Positions 52,553 to 63,563 of a stretch of DNA of 64,000 nucleotides are shown here, one piece after another (positions within the stretch are counted from its first letter, which is position 1; every line of letters starts with the position of its first letter). Where the stretch lies: assembly GCA_963764625.1 (NCBI GenBank), contig CAVXTH010000009.1, positions 480,001 through 544,000 of the forward strand. The letters are read 5' to 3'. A program made the position numbers and the translations under genes. The DNA is from Candidatus Krumholzibacteriota bacterium (GTDB lineage Bacteria > Krumholzibacteriota > Krumholzibacteriia > JAJRXK01). The notes under the pieces are model-generated. The model saw nothing but the letters and a program-made list of their open reading frames with translations, had not been told where the DNA came from and ran no database searches.

Positions 52553-53764
52553 TCAGGGCTTAACCGGAGGTGGCTGCGGCGGGCGCGCCGCGAGTGCAAA
52601 CGCCGCGCCCAAGAGGAAGTAGAGCAGCATTTCGACCTCGTCGTCGGTCTGATAGACCTGGAACAGGCCGGCGACGGAAATGCCGGCCTGACAGGCCACC
52701 GCGCCCACCAGAATCCAGGCCGGACCCGAGATACCACGACGGGCTTTCCACAAGAGGACCATGCTCAGGATGAGAAGGACGAGTGCGGCAAGAAGTCCCA
52801 AAAGGCCCGCATTGACCCCATGCATGAGGAAGTCATTATGCGAATGGGACTTGGTGTCGTAGAAGCCAGGCACTTCGAAGCGCTGCATCATCGGGCCAAA
52901 GTTGCCCGGCCCGAACCCGAGCCAGGGGCGCGCCACGATTCCGTGCAGCGACGAGCTCCAGAGGTTCCGCCGGGTCGCTTCCGCCCCCGGTTGAAAGAGC
53001 GCGCTCACCCGCTGGGTGAAGGCGGGAGTCAGAAGCGCCACCACCGCCATGGCCGCAATGGGGGCGAGGACCACCCACTTGCGCCGGGTTGGCAGAGCGA
53101 TGGCCAGTACCACGATTCCGATCAGTGCGCCCACCTGGGCGCTGCGCGCAAAGGACAAGAGCAGTGCCAAACCGGTGAGAATCACCGCGCTAATCGAGAG
53201 GGCGCGCTCGATCCCCCAGCGCCTCTGGCCCAAGAAAGCCCATGAGGACGCGACGATGAACAGCAACATGACGTGACCACCGTAGGTGAGGTGATGGCCG
53301 AAGAAGGCCACCGACATGTACTGTCCGTCGGTCATGGGCGCAGCTCGGTGGTGCCACCAGTCGATTCCACTGAAATGTTGCCAGATCCCGTAGACCGCGA
53401 CCGCGGCCCCGACGCTCAAGAGGAGCTTCACGGCTCGCTCGACGTGTTGACTCTGTCCGAATGAGGCCAGAGGCACCGAAACGAGCAGCAGTTTGAGCCA
53501 CATTTCGCCCAGGAGCTTTCCCCAGTTGCTGGGATAGGGCGCCGCGAACAGAGTCGCCAAGACGTGGGCCAAATAGTAGGCCAAGAGGGCGGCCGCGATC
53601 GCGCGCGGCACGGCTCCGTGTGGCCGGGGATGAAAGGACCAGCGCAGCAGAGCCGCGGCGGCGAGGGCTCCGGCGGAGATCGAGCCGACGGCGACCGAGA
53701 GGGGGGCGCTGAGGGCGAACGCATAGATTGGCAGCAAGAAGAGAAAGAACCACCGGGATCTCAT
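52553..53764 (-). CDS. O-antigen ligase family protein
   Basis: Multi-TM, LSFARSA, RPWLGFGPGNF, HSHNDFL. Confidence 0.85.
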   Translation of the reverse strand: MRSRWFFLFLLPIYAFALSAPLSVAVGSISAGALAAAALLRWSFHPRPHGAVPRAIAAALLAYYLAHVLATLFAAPYPSNWGKLLGEMWLKLLLVSVPLASFGQSQHVERAVKLLLSVGAAVAVYGIWQHFSGIDWWHHRAAPMTDGQYMSVAFFGHHLTYGGHVMLLFIVASSWAFLGQRRWGIERALSISAVILTGLALLLSFARSAQVGALIGIVVLAIALPTRRKWVVLAPIAAMAVVALLTPAFTQRVSALFQPGAEATRRNLWSSSLHGIVARPWLGFGPGNFGPMMQRFEVPGFYDTKSHSHNDFLMHGVNAGLLGLLAALVLLILSMVLLWKARRGISGPAWILVGAVACQAGISVAGLFQVYQTDDEVEMLLYFLLGAAFALAARPPQPPPVKP

Positions 53765-54363
53765 CGTGTGGAATCGCCGTGAAGTTCTCTCTCGAGCCAT
53801 CCGCAGAGAATGTGACCCACCAGGATGTGACATTCCTGAACCCGTGCGGTGTTCGAACTGGGGACCATCAGGAGCAGATCACAGAGTCCCCGGCTGGCCA
53901 TTTTTCCGCCGCCCGACCCGGTCATCCCCAGACGGCAGAGACCCCTTTCCTTGGCCACCTCGAGAGCGCGGAGCACGTTGGGACTGTTACCGCTGGTCGA
54001 GATGGCCAGGGCGACGTCCCCTTCACGGGCACGCCCTAGGAGTTGACGCGCGAAGATCTCGTCGAAACCGTAGTCGTTGCCGATCGCGGTGAGCGCGCTG
54101 GAATTCACGGTCAGAGCCTCGGCCGCGAGCGGCGGGCGTTCGTGTTCGAAGCGGCCGCTGAGCTCGGCCGCGATGTGCTGCGCGTCCGCGGCGCTGCCCC
54201 CGTTTCCGAAGGCCAGGAGCGAACCACCCCCGCGCAGCGACTCGGTGACGGCTTGCGCCATCGCCGCGATGACCCGGGCTTGTCCGAGCAGAGCTTCCTT
54301 CACTTCGATGCTGGAGTGGATTCCCTGCCGAACCAAGTCGAAATCGAGTTCAGAGCTACTCAC
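53761..54363 (-). CDS. gmhA: D-sedoheptulose-7-phosphate isomerase
   Basis: GNGGSAADAQHIAAEL, IGNDYGF, ISTSGNSPNV, TARVQECHI. Confidence 0.95.
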   Translation of the reverse strand: MSSSELDFDLVRQGIHSSIEVKEALLGQARVIAAMAQAVTESLRGGGSLLAFGNGGSAADAQHIAAELSGRFEHERPPLAAEALTVNSSALTAIGNDYGFDEIFARQLLGRAREGDVALAISTSGNSPNVLRALEVAKERGLCRLGMTGSGGGKMASRGLCDLLLMVPSSNTARVQECHILVGHILCGWLERELHGDSTR

Positions 54364-54489
54364 GCTGAAACTCCTGGTGGGATACGGGGGGAGAGGTACG
54401 CGGCGTCGCTGTGAACTTAGCCGCAGCCGGAGTTCTGGACAAGCACGGGGGCGTCGTCCCGCTTGAACCCTGCCGTCGCATGCGCCAAG

Positions 54490-55332
54490 ATGCCAGCCAT
54501 GCCCACACGACTTCGGCTCCAGGACTTCGCCGACTGGACCCGCTACTATCGCGAATATCAGATCCGCTTGGCCACGGATTACCTCTTGCCCTGTCTGCGC
54601 CGCTGGGGCCGCTGGAGTCCGGGAGTTCGCATTCTCGACGTGGGCTGCGGAGACGGTGGGGCGGTGATCGGCCTGGCGCGAGCGGGGGCGCGCCTGAGTG
54701 GACTCGAAATCGATCCACGGCGCCTGCACGGGGCCCTACAGCAGGTGGAAGCGGAGAAGCTAGAGGTGCAGCTCGCGGTGGCCGACGTCACCGACGCGAA
54801 GAGTCTGGAAGTGCTAGGCGGGCCCTTCGATCTGATCCTGTTTCGCGACGTCCTGGAGCACATTCCGCGGCGTGGCCAGGCTCTGGCCAATTGCCGCGCG
54901 CTGCTGGCTGACCGAGGGGGAATCGTGGTGGTCTTCCCTCCCTACTACTCACCCTTCGGAGGACACCAACAGCTCCTGCACCCCAAGGCCCGGCTCGGGA
55001 TTCCCTTCGCGCGCTTGCCCTGGGCGCATTGTCTCCCGCGGAATCTCTTTCGCAGCCTGGCGCGAGGTGACGACGGAGCGGACGATCCGCAGTGGGAGGA
55101 GATCGAGACCATTCACGCAGCCCGGCTCACTCTCTCCTCGCTGAGGAAGACGGCAAAGGAGGCGGGGCTTCGCGTGGCGCGCGCGCACCACTACTTGCTA
55201 CGTCCCAGCTTCGCCTTGCGGTATGGCACGCCGGTGCTGGGGGTGGGAGTCCTTGGCGCTGTTCCCTTGCTTCGAGAAGTTCTCGTCACTGGAAGCTACC
55301 AGTATCTGGAAGTCGACGAGAGCTCGCTCTGA
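54490..55332 (+). CDS. Class I SAM-dependent methyltransferase
   Basis: ILDVGCGDGG, FDLILFRDVLEHI. Confidence 0.85.
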   Translation: MPAMPTRLRLQDFADWTRYYREYQIRLATDYLLPCLRRWGRWSPGVRILDVGCGDGGAVIGLARAGARLSGLEIDPRRLHGALQQVEAEKLEVQLAVADVTDAKSLEVLGGPFDLILFRDVLEHIPRRGQALANCRALLADRGGIVVVFPPYYSPFGGHQQLLHPKARLGIPFARLPWAHCLPRNLFRSLARGDDGADDPQWEEIETIHAARLTLSSLRKTAKEAGLRVARAHHYLLRPSFALRYGTPVLGVGVLGAVPLLREVLVTGSYQYLEVDESSL

Positions 55333-55373
55333 GGAGGATTCCCAGGGTACGCTCACCCAGTATCTGAAACCGG

Positions 55374-55856
55374 CTACTTCTTGACTTTGAGCTCATCGAG
55401 CTTCTCGAGAATCTGCTCGGCGTGCCGTCCCACGTCGGGCTTCTTCCAGATGTGCTGGATGCGGCCATCCTTGTCCAAAAGGAAAGTGCTCCGCTTGATC
55501 CCGAAAGTTTTCTTCCCGTACATGTTCTTCTCACCCCAGGCGCCGTATTTCTCGGCAATCTTGTGTCCGGGGTCGCAGAGGAGGGGGAAGGGGAGCTTGA
55601 ATTTCTCTCGGAATTTCGCGTGGCTCTCCGCATCGTCCGGTGAGACTCCGTATACCTTGATACGACGCCGCTTCAGTTCGGCCCAATTGTCCCGGAGCGA
55701 ACACGCTTCCTTGGTGCAGCCGGGCGTATCATCCTTGGGGTAGAAATAGATGACTGCCTGCTTGCCCACGATGTCCCTGTTCAAAGAAACACTCGTCCCG
55801 TCGGTGTCCTTCGCGGTGAACGCGGGCGCCTTGCCTCCGATCGTCAATTCCGTCAT
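55374..55856 (-). CDS. bcp: Peroxiredoxin Bcp
   Basis: YFYPKDDTPGCTKEAC. Confidence 0.93.
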   Translation of the reverse strand: MTELTIGGKAPAFTAKDTDGTSVSLNRDIVGKQAVIYFYPKDDTPGCTKEACSLRDNWAELKRRRIKVYGVSPDDAESHAKFREKFKLPFPLLCDPGHKIAEKYGAWGEKNMYGKKTFGIKRSTFLLDKDGRIQHIWKKPDVGRHAEQILEKLDELKVKK

Positions 55857-55996
55857 CGTGATGCCTCCATAGAGTGGGAATTCAGCACGCATGATATGGC
55901 CAAGCGCTCATCCCGGCCACACCGCGGGGCGCCGAGAGGTGCTTCCCTCGATCGATGCTTGCTGGATCGTCGGCAAATCTCTACGCTAGCAGCGTC

Positions 55997-56371
55997 ATGA
56001 GTGTACCCAAGAGCGAACCCGCGATCCGCGTGATGATGATGCCGCGCGACACCAACGCGCACGGCACCATTTTCGGCGGGATCATTCTCTCCTACATCGA
56101 CCAGGCGGGAGCGGTGGCGGCGCACCGAGCTGGGTGCCACAAAGTGGTGACTGTCGCCATGGATCAGATCGAATTCCACGAGCCGGTGCAGGTGGGGGAC
56201 CTCGTCAGTTTCTATGCCGAGGTGGAGCGAATCGGCCGGACCTCGATCACAGTGGTGGTGCGGGTGCACGCCCAAGGCAGCGACTTTCGTAAGTCGGTCC
56301 TGGTGACCGAAGCCCGCGTGGTCTACGTCAACGTCGGCGAAGATCAGCGCCCGCAAGCAATCGAGCAGTAG
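55997..56371 (+). CDS. Acyl-CoA thioesterase (YciA-like)
   Basis: MPRDTNAHGTIFGG, VERIGRTSITV. Confidence 0.9.
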   Translation: MSVPKSEPAIRVMMMPRDTNAHGTIFGGIILSYIDQAGAVAAHRAGCHKVVTVAMDQIEFHEPVQVGDLVSFYAEVERIGRTSITVVVRVHAQGSDFRKSVLVTEARVVYVNVGEDQRPQAIEQ

Positions 56372-56390
56372 GACGCACTTCAAATTTCAC

Positions 56391-57860
56391 TCAGTGAAAT
56401 CCCACCTCGTCGTTCTCCCGCACCGTCACCGTGCCGTACTTGGCCAGGACGTCTTTCACCTCGCTGGCCACTCCGATGCAGGTGAAGGACAAGTTCTCTT
56501 CCGGATACCATTTCCCGATCGCCGCGTTGCAATCGCTTAGGGTGACTCCGTCCAGAGACGTGAAAAACCCATCCACGAACTCGCGGCCCAGCCCGTAGGC
56601 GGAGATGAGACAGAGAGTGTGGGCCAGTGAGCCGTTCGATTCGTAGCGGTAGGGGGTCTGACCCTTCAGATAGGCCCTGGCCGACTCGAGTTCCTCCGCG
56701 CTGATTCCCTGCTCGTGAAGACGCTTCAGAGTCTGAAGAGCCAGGTCGATGGCCTCGGCGGTGGTCTCCTTCGCCGTGAAGGAGGCAATGGCTGCCGACC
56801 CGGCCTGGCGCCTCCGGTCGATCGTATACCCCGCGCCGTAGGAGAGGCCGCTCTCGATGCGAAGTTTGGTGTTCAGCCAGGAAGTGAACCGTCCCCCGAA
56901 GACGGTGCGCACGAGCTCGACCGCCGCGAAGTCGGGGTCGCTCCAGCTGGGGCCCAGATTGCCAATGCGGAACCAGGTCTGCGGCGTATCGGGCTTGTTC
57001 ACCAGCAACACCTCACGGCCCTTGGCGGGTGTGGGCGGGGGAATCTTCGTGACCGGAACGCGCGCGGCCGGCATCGACGAGAAGGACTTCTCCACCGCCA
57101 GTGCGACCGCGTCCATTTTGAAGTCACCCACCACGGCCAAGATGGCGCGATCGGCGCCGTAGTGGTCGCGATAGAACGAGCGAACCGTCTTTGCGTTCAC
57201 TCCCTGAAGGCTCGTCTCCGTTCCCTCAGTGGGCCGGCCGTAGGGATGGTCCTTGAAGAGATGCGCGTCATGATACTCGGTGAGCACGAAACGAGGATTG
57301 TCTTTGGCCTGACTCACGCCCTCGGACATCTGCTGCGCTAGCTTGCTCACTTCGTTCGCTTCGAAACGAGGCCGCAGGACCGCGTCCGAAAACAGCGCCA
57401 GGCCATCCTCGAAGTCCTTGGTCAGGCACTGGAAGGAGATACTGGTGCGATCGTGATCGAGGTCGGTGTCGAGCGTGGCTCCAAGGAAGTCCAGCGCCTC
57501 GGCGAAGGCGGCGGCGTCACGATCGCCGGCTCCCTTGCGGAGAGCTTCGGCGCACAGTGCAGCCAATCCTGCATGAGACGGAGGATCGGCCGCCGAACCA
57601 TCCTGAATCCACAGCTCGAAGTTCACCAGAGGAACCTCGCCGTGTTTCATGAGCAAGAGCGTCAGCCCATTGTCCAGAATGCGAGTCTCATACTCCGGGA
57701 GTTTCAAGCGGGGGGACGTCGTTTGCGCACGACTCACGGATGGCATGAGCGAGGGGAATGAGCCGAGTTGCAGGACCAGAACGAACACCACGAGGGCCAG
57801 AAGGGCAGAATGGAAGGACATCGGCAACAGCCGAGCAAAAAGTCTTTCAGTTCTTGTCAT
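56391..57860 (-). CDS. M16 peptidase, non-catalytic subunit
   Basis: LDNGLTL, no HxxEH, LRIESGLSYGA. Confidence 0.85.
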   Translation of the reverse strand: MTRTERLFARLLPMSFHSALLALVVFVLVLQLGSFPSLMPSVSRAQTTSPRLKLPEYETRILDNGLTLLLMKHGEVPLVNFELWIQDGSAADPPSHAGLAALCAEALRKGAGDRDAAAFAEALDFLGATLDTDLDHDRTSISFQCLTKDFEDGLALFSDAVLRPRFEANEVSKLAQQMSEGVSQAKDNPRFVLTEYHDAHLFKDHPYGRPTEGTETSLQGVNAKTVRSFYRDHYGADRAILAVVGDFKMDAVALAVEKSFSSMPAARVPVTKIPPPTPAKGREVLLVNKPDTPQTWFRIGNLGPSWSDPDFAAVELVRTVFGGRFTSWLNTKLRIESGLSYGAGYTIDRRRQAGSAAIASFTAKETTAEAIDLALQTLKRLHEQGISAEELESARAYLKGQTPYRYESNGSLAHTLCLISAYGLGREFVDGFFTSLDGVTLSDCNAAIGKWYPEENLSFTCIGVASEVKDVLAKYGTVTVRENDEVGFH

Positions 57861-59238
57861 CGTCTTGCTCCGCTTCGCTCGGGATGAGGGTGACCACGGT
57901 CCGGTTGTCCTGAGTCAGGTACTGGGCGGCCACGCGCTTCAGATCGTCGATGCTCACTTTCTGGTAGTCTTGGGCCGCGTTGAAGAGGTGGCTCCACCCG
58001 CCGTGGAACATCTCGTAATCGCCCAGCGACTGGGCCTTTCCGCTCAGAGTGGAGAGCTCGCGGTAGAAATCGGCCAAGAGGATGTTCTTGGCCTTGGCCA
58101 GTTCGCGCTCCTGGATTCCCTCGCTAGCTACCCGCCCGATCTCCTCGTAGAGCGCCTGCTCGACCTCATCGCTCGTCGCTCCCTTTCTCACTTCCGCGAA
58201 GAGAACGTAGAGAGTGGGGTCGAAGGCCTCGCCCAGGTCTCCCCAGATCGAGAGGGCGCTCTGGTCCTGGTCCACGAGACGGCGGTAGAGCCGAGAGCTC
58301 TCGCCGTTCGTGAGGATGAGATCGAGAAGTCGCAGAGCCGGATAGTCCTCGCTGTCGGCCTGCGGAACGTGCCAGCCCGCGGCCACGCTCGCCAGCTGCG
58401 CTTCCTTGCGCAAGACGACACGCCGTTCTCCTTGCTGCTCGGGCTCGACCGTCACGACGTCCCGGCCGATCTCGCGGGCCGGGATGACGCCCAGTTTCTC
58501 GCGCAAGATGGGCAGCACTTCGTCGGGGTCGAAGGCGCCCACCAGAACCATCGTGGCGTTGTTCGGCGCGTAGAAGCGCCGGTGAAACGTCTCGAGATCC
58601 TCCTGGCGCCAGTTCTCGATGTCGCTGCGCCATCCGATGACGGGCCATTGGTAGGGGTGGGCGGTGAAGGCCGCGGCCCACAGCTGGATCAGCATGAGCC
58701 GGGAGTTGGAATCCTCGATGCTGCGGCGCCGCTCGCTCATCACCACTCCCCGTTCACTCTGGACCACCTTGGGATCGATGGACAGCGCGGCGATGCGATC
58801 TGCCTCGAGATCAATCGTGGTGGCGAGCGCGCTGGCGGGAATCCAATCCTGATAGACCGTGAGATTCCGGCTGGTGTAGGCATTGTTGGCTCCGCCCGCG
58901 GCTTCCATGGTGCGGTCGAAGGCGCCCGGCGGGTAGTGCTTGGAGCCGTTGAACATCATGTGCTCGAAGAAGTGGGCCAGGCCGGTGATGCCCGGAGCCT
59001 CGTTGCGGCTGCCGACGTGCCAGAAGGTGTAGATCGAGAGATTGGGGATGCTCTCTACCGGCCACAAAATGACTCTCATGCCGTTGTCCAGCACGTGTTC
59101 CTGGATCTCCGCCGGCGGGTCCGCCGCGCGGGCGACTGAGCCGGGAATCAAAACCGACAAGAAAGCACCCACGAGCGATCCCAGGAGAAGGCACCGCGGA
59201 TGTCGAACGAAGGGCAGCGGACGGGGCAGGAACATCAT
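57847..59238 (-). CDS. M16 peptidase, catalytic subunit
   Basis: VGSRNEAPGITGLAHFFEHMMFNGS, NAYTS; start uncertain. Confidence 0.9.
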   Translation of the reverse strand: MMFLPRPLPFVRHPRCLLLGSLVGAFLSVLIPGSVARAADPPAEIQEHVLDNGMRVILWPVESIPNLSIYTFWHVGSRNEAPGITGLAHFFEHMMFNGSKHYPPGAFDRTMEAAGGANNAYTSRNLTVYQDWIPASALATTIDLEADRIAALSIDPKVVQSERGVVMSERRRSIEDSNSRLMLIQLWAAAFTAHPYQWPVIGWRSDIENWRQEDLETFHRRFYAPNNATMVLVGAFDPDEVLPILREKLGVIPAREIGRDVVTVEPEQQGERRVVLRKEAQLASVAAGWHVPQADSEDYPALRLLDLILTNGESSRLYRRLVDQDQSALSIWGDLGEAFDPTLYVLFAEVRKGATSDEVEQALYEEIGRVASEGIQERELAKAKNILLADFYRELSTLSGKAQSLGDYEMFHGGWSHLFNAAQDYQKVSIDDLKRVAAQYLTQDNRTVVTLIPSEAEQDDDKN

Positions 59239-59539
59239 GCGACCTCTTGCTTGAGCTCTGGCTATCCGGCGGGGGAACCGCAAGGACGGGTCTTTTTCCC
59301 GCGCCATGGGTTCGCCAGTGTAGCAGGCATGAGGCGGTGCGACCACGAGCGCTTTCGGCCGGCCACGAGGTGGGCCTCCCTCGGGAGGAACGATCCGACA
59401 TCTATCGCCATCTCAGGGTCTTTCGCGCACCGGGATGACATTTCTCGTAACACCGCTTAGGCTCGAAGCATGCAAGGGAACCGACGCCCCTCTCCGCCGC
59501 GGAGAGACGTTCCCGTCCCTCACCCGGGTCCGAAATCTG

Positions 59540-60481
59540 ATGGAAGTCTCGATTCTCGTCTGTACGTTCAATCGCTCGAAGAGCCTGAGGCGGATGCTCG
59601 AGAGCTTCGTGCGACTCAAAGTGGAGCCCGGCCTGCGCTGGCAAGTGGTCGTGATCGACAACGCTTCCACCGACGAGACTCCGGCCACGATCGCCGCGTT
59701 CCAACGGCGTCTCCCCCTGGTCGCCGGCAGGGAGGAAAAACAGGGTAAGAGTCACGCTCTAAACAGCGGCCTCGATCTCTGCGATGGACGCATCATCCTG
59801 CTCACCGACGACGACGTCGAGGTCGACCCGGAATGGCTTGCCGCGACCCTCGCGGCCTTCCGCTCGCAGCCGGTGGACGCGGTCTTCGGCCGGATTTTGC
59901 CCCGGTGGCCGCAGGTGGCTCCCCCCTGGTACTCCTCGCGCCTCGATCCCGCGCTCGCTCTCTTGGACCTGGGCTCTAAGCCCTTCGATCTGAGAATCGG
60001 CGACGACAGCTTCTTCGGGGCCAACGCCGCCATCCTCAAGGATACCGTGAATCAACTGGGACGCTGGTCCGTCACCTTGAATCGAGCGGGAACCGAGCTC
60101 TTGATGGGGGAAGACAGCGAGATGTGCGACCGCATCCTGCGGGCGGGCCGGCGCGTGTACTACCAGCCGGAGAGCGTGGTGCTTCACTGCTTCGACACCC
60201 GCCGGACCCATCTCAACTACTTTCGGCGCTGGTTCTTTGCCCACGGCCAGAGCGCGGTCCTGCGCGGGGTTCAGTTTCCCGCGGATGGCCCTTCGCTTTG
60301 GGGCGTCCCGCGCTATCTCTATCGCCAAGCCGCCGAGTACGCGCTGGCGAGCGCGTGGCGCTGGTTATTTCGTTCGCGGGCCGAGGCGTTCGCGCACGAG
60401 ACCAGATTCTGGGGTATCCTGGGGGCGATGGCCCAGCATCGCCGCAATCGAACCACTACAAACGAGGATGAGTCTCGCTGA
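59540..60481 (+). CDS. Glycosyltransferase family 2
   Basis: VSILVCTFNR, VIDNASTD, LTDDD. Confidence 0.9.
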   Translation: MEVSILVCTFNRSKSLRRMLESFVRLKVEPGLRWQVVVIDNASTDETPATIAAFQRRLPLVAGREEKQGKSHALNSGLDLCDGRIILLTDDDVEVDPEWLAATLAAFRSQPVDAVFGRILPRWPQVAPPWYSSRLDPALALLDLGSKPFDLRIGDDSFFGANAAILKDTVNQLGRWSVTLNRAGTELLMGEDSEMCDRILRAGRRVYYQPESVVLHCFDTRRTHLNYFRRWFFAHGQSAVLRGVQFPADGPSLWGVPRYLYRQAAEYALASAWRWLFRSRAEAFAHETRFWGILGAMAQHRRNRTTTNEDESR

Positions 60482-60514
60482 GGAGAGTCCGGGAAGGACG
60501 CGATCGAGGTCGGC

Positions 60515-61495
60515 ATGGATATCAGTGTGATCATTCCCAGCTACAATCGGGCTCATCTCATCGCCGAGACCCTTCAAAGCGTCTTGGGGCAGAGCCTGCC
60601 TCCGCGGGAGATCATCGTGGTGGATGACGGCTCGACCGACGATACGGCGGACGTGCTCGCGCCATTCGGCGACGCGGTGCGCTACGAGAGAATCGAAAAC
60701 GGAGGAGTCTGCCGGGCTCGCAACCACGGATTCTCCTTGAGCCGCTGCCCGTGGATCGCCCTCTGCGACAGCGACGACCTCTGGACAAAAGGGCATCTCC
60801 AACTGCACGCGGAATTGAGGCAGGAGCATGGCGAGGTCCCGTTTTCCTTCTCGAATTTTCGGATCATCAAGGAAGGGATCTGGGAGGCAGGCACGAAGTT
60901 CGACGATGCTCCGCCGGGCTACTGGGACGGCGCGGGCGTCATTCACGGGGGTTGGTGGCCGATCTACGACATGTGCGGACGGGTGCTCCGGTTTCAGCCC
61001 GTCTTTCCCTCGACGATCGTCATGTCGCGAGAGCACTTTCAGGCCATCGGGGGTTTCGACCCCCGATTCAGCCGCACTCCTTCGGAAGATTTCGACTTTA
61101 TTCTACGGGCCGTGGAATTCTCGGAGGTGGCGGCGCTTTCGACCCCAACCGTAGGGATTCGGAGGCACGAGTCGAACTTCTCCCGAGATTTGTTGGCGAC
61201 GATTCAGGGGGAGATCGAGATACTCTACCATGCCCGTGACGGCCACTCTACCCAGGCGGACTATTCGGCCATTATCGACGATGAGATCTCCTATCGCAGT
61301 GGAGTCGCGGCCGAGGTCGCCTTCGAACGCGGGGACGTGGAGACCTTTCGCCGGCTGATGCGTGACGTCTCTCGAACGCGGCGTCATTTCAAATTGCAGG
61401 TGAAGAACGCGGTCATGTCTCTTCCCCCTTCCCTCGCGCAGCTTTGTTCTCTCTTCTTGAGTAGTCTCCATTCCCAAAGTCGACCAAGGACCTAA
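60515..61495 (+). CDS. Glycosyltransferase family 2
   Basis: SVIIPSYNR, VVDDGSTD, LCDSDD. Confidence 0.9.
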   Translation: MDISVIIPSYNRAHLIAETLQSVLGQSLPPREIIVVDDGSTDDTADVLAPFGDAVRYERIENGGVCRARNHGFSLSRCPWIALCDSDDLWTKGHLQLHAELRQEHGEVPFSFSNFRIIKEGIWEAGTKFDDAPPGYWDGAGVIHGGWWPIYDMCGRVLRFQPVFPSTIVMSREHFQAIGGFDPRFSRTPSEDFDFILRAVEFSEVAALSTPTVGIRRHESNFSRDLLATIQGEIEILYHARDGHSTQADYSAIIDDEISYRSGVAAEVAFERGDVETFRRLMRDVSRTRRHFKLQVKNAVMSLPPSLAQLCSLFLSSLHSQSRPRT

Positions 61496-63096
61496 TGGAA
61501 GTGGATCGAGCTGACGCCACCCAAATTCGCAGATCTTCGGCACAGGACCCGGGACAACGGTCGTTGACTCGCCGAGTACTCGGCAATCTGCTCGCCAACC
61601 AGGCGGGATTCTTTTTCCCGCTCGTCATCGGCTTCTGGATCGCTCCCTTCATCGTGAGAAACCTGGGAAACAGCATGTACGGCGTGTGGTCGCTCATCGT
61701 GGCCTTCACCGGCCACTACGGGCTCTTCGCGGGGGGGATTCAGAGCGCCACCACCAGATATCTTGCCTATGCCATCGGGCACGACGATCCCGACATGGAG
61801 ACCCGCTACGTGAACGCGGCGCTACGCATCCTTTTGCCGGCCGCGGGACTGTGCGCGCTGGGAGGAGTTCTGGTGGCGATTTTCGGCGCGGACAAGTTCA
61901 ACATTCCGCCCGATCTGCTCGGCTTGGCGCGACAGACGATCGTGGTCGCGTCGATGGCAGTGGGCGCCACTTTCGCCTTCGCCGTCTTCAGCTGCCTTTT
62001 GGTCGCCAACCAGCGCTTCGACACCATGAACGGCATCGCGGTGGGAGGCTTGGTACTGCGGGCGGGTCTCATCGTGATTCTCTTCAAGGCTGGTTTCGGA
62101 ATCCTGGCCCTGGCCTATCTCACGCTGGGAATTGCGGTGGTGACAGGAGTGCTGTACTTCGTCGCCGCGCGCAAGCAAGAACCGAACTGGCGCCTCGATC
62201 TGCGCAAAGCGGATCGCGCTTCGCTTCGAGCCCTGTTCACCTTTGGCGGAAAGTCTCTCATGGGAATCGCGGCCGATCTGCTCCTGACGCAGGCCGACCT
62301 GGTGATCATCGGGCTCTACTTTCCTCCCGAGCGCATCACGATCTACGCGCTGGCGTCCACGATGCTGCGCTATGTCGGGAGCTTCATCAGTGCCATCGTG
62401 CGAGTCGTCGATCCTTACGCGGCCCAGAGCTTCGCTCGCAGCGGCACGAAAGGGGTTCGCACCGTCTTTCTCGAGGGCAGCGTCTTCATGTATACGATGG
62501 GGGCGATTTTGGCCGCGGGGGGCATCATGCTCGGCCAGCCCTTCTTCAGGCTCTGGATCGGGCCCGAATACGGGGAGTGCGGAGTTCTCATGGCCATCCT
62601 GATCTTTCCGCAGATCTTCAATCCCAATTCCCGTCTCGGGTATTCTGTGCTGACCGGCACGGCGCGCATTGGCACCTACAACACGATGCGGGTGAGCTCG
62701 GGAATCCTGAAAGTGGTATTGAGTCTCGTTTTGCTCCACTCGATGGAGATCTACGGCGTGGCAGTTGCGACCCTCGTCGCCTACTTGCTCGTCGATCTCG
62801 TCTGGTTTCCGTCCTACATGAGTCGGGTGTTGAACTACTCCATCCGCCGCCTCTACTTGAAAGCGCTGGGACCCGGGATGATCGTGTTCTTCGCGACTCT
62901 CTTGAGCGCATGGGGGGTGGCTCGAGTGATCGAACCTGTGAGTTGGTACCATTTGGTGCTCAACGCGATCCTGACGACGGCGGGGGGCGTGATCACCGCC
63001 TGGATCGTGCTTCCCAAGGAAGTGGTCGGCGTCGACTGGCGCACGCGCTCCCGAGTGGCCGTCGCGGCGCGGATTCGAACTCTTCTGTCCCGCTGA
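61495..63096 (+). CDS. Polysaccharide flippase (Wzx/MATE-like)
   Basis: Many TM segments, PFIVRNLG...YGVW, follows two GTs. Confidence 0.85.
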   Translation: MEVDRADATQIRRSSAQDPGQRSLTRRVLGNLLANQAGFFFPLVIGFWIAPFIVRNLGNSMYGVWSLIVAFTGHYGLFAGGIQSATTRYLAYAIGHDDPDMETRYVNAALRILLPAAGLCALGGVLVAIFGADKFNIPPDLLGLARQTIVVASMAVGATFAFAVFSCLLVANQRFDTMNGIAVGGLVLRAGLIVILFKAGFGILALAYLTLGIAVVTGVLYFVAARKQEPNWRLDLRKADRASLRALFTFGGKSLMGIAADLLLTQADLVIIGLYFPPERITIYALASTMLRYVGSFISAIVRVVDPYAAQSFARSGTKGVRTVFLEGSVFMYTMGAILAAGGIMLGQPFFRLWIGPEYGECGVLMAILIFPQIFNPNSRLGYSVLTGTARIGTYNTMRVSSGILKVVLSLVLLHSMEIYGVAVATLVAYLLVDLVWFPSYMSRVLNYSIRRLYLKALGPGMIVFFATLLSAWGVARVIEPVSWYHLVLNAILTTAGGVITAWIVLPKEVVGVDWRTRSRVAVAARIRTLLSR

Positions 63097-63137
63097 AGCG
63101 ATCGAGCCGCCGGTGGATCGGTCGCAGGTCCCCTTTC

Positions 63138-63563
63138 TTAGACCTCGATCATGTTGAGCCAGGTGTCGTGCTGGTTGCAGACACTGAGCGCATAGAGCGC
63201 GCCGCTGTAAGTCGGTAGCATGAAGGTGGAGGTCGGTGCCTTGTCCTTCGTGGGATCGAACATGTTCTCGTCGAGAAAACGGAAGTTCTTGTCCAGCAGC
63301 ACGTGCTTCACGATGTAGTGCTCGTATCCGTCCATGGGATGATGCGTCATGACCTGAATCGAGAGGCCGTCCTTTCCTTTGTCGAGCTCGATACTGGGCA
63401 GGTGCAGCACCACTTTCTTGCTCCAGCGGCCGGGAGCTTTCTCGGTGTAGTAAACCCCGCCCGCCATGGGGCTGTCGGGGACTTCCGCGAGGACCATTTT
63501 GGGGACGATCAGCGCGCCTGAGACACCGACGAGTCCTAGCTGGATGAATTGACGTCGATCCAT
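63138..63563 (-). CDS. Tat-exported superoxide reductase/desulfoferrodoxin-like protein
   Basis: DRRQFI Tat motif, HHPMDGYEHYI, CNQHDTW. Confidence 0.8.
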   Translation of the reverse strand: MDRRQFIQLGLVGVSGALIVPKMVLAEVPDSPMAGGVYYTEKAPGRWSKKVVLHLPSIELDKGKDGLSIQVMTHHPMDGYEHYIVKHVLLDKNFRFLDENMFDPTKDKAPTSTFMLPTYSGALYALSVCNQHDTWLNMIEV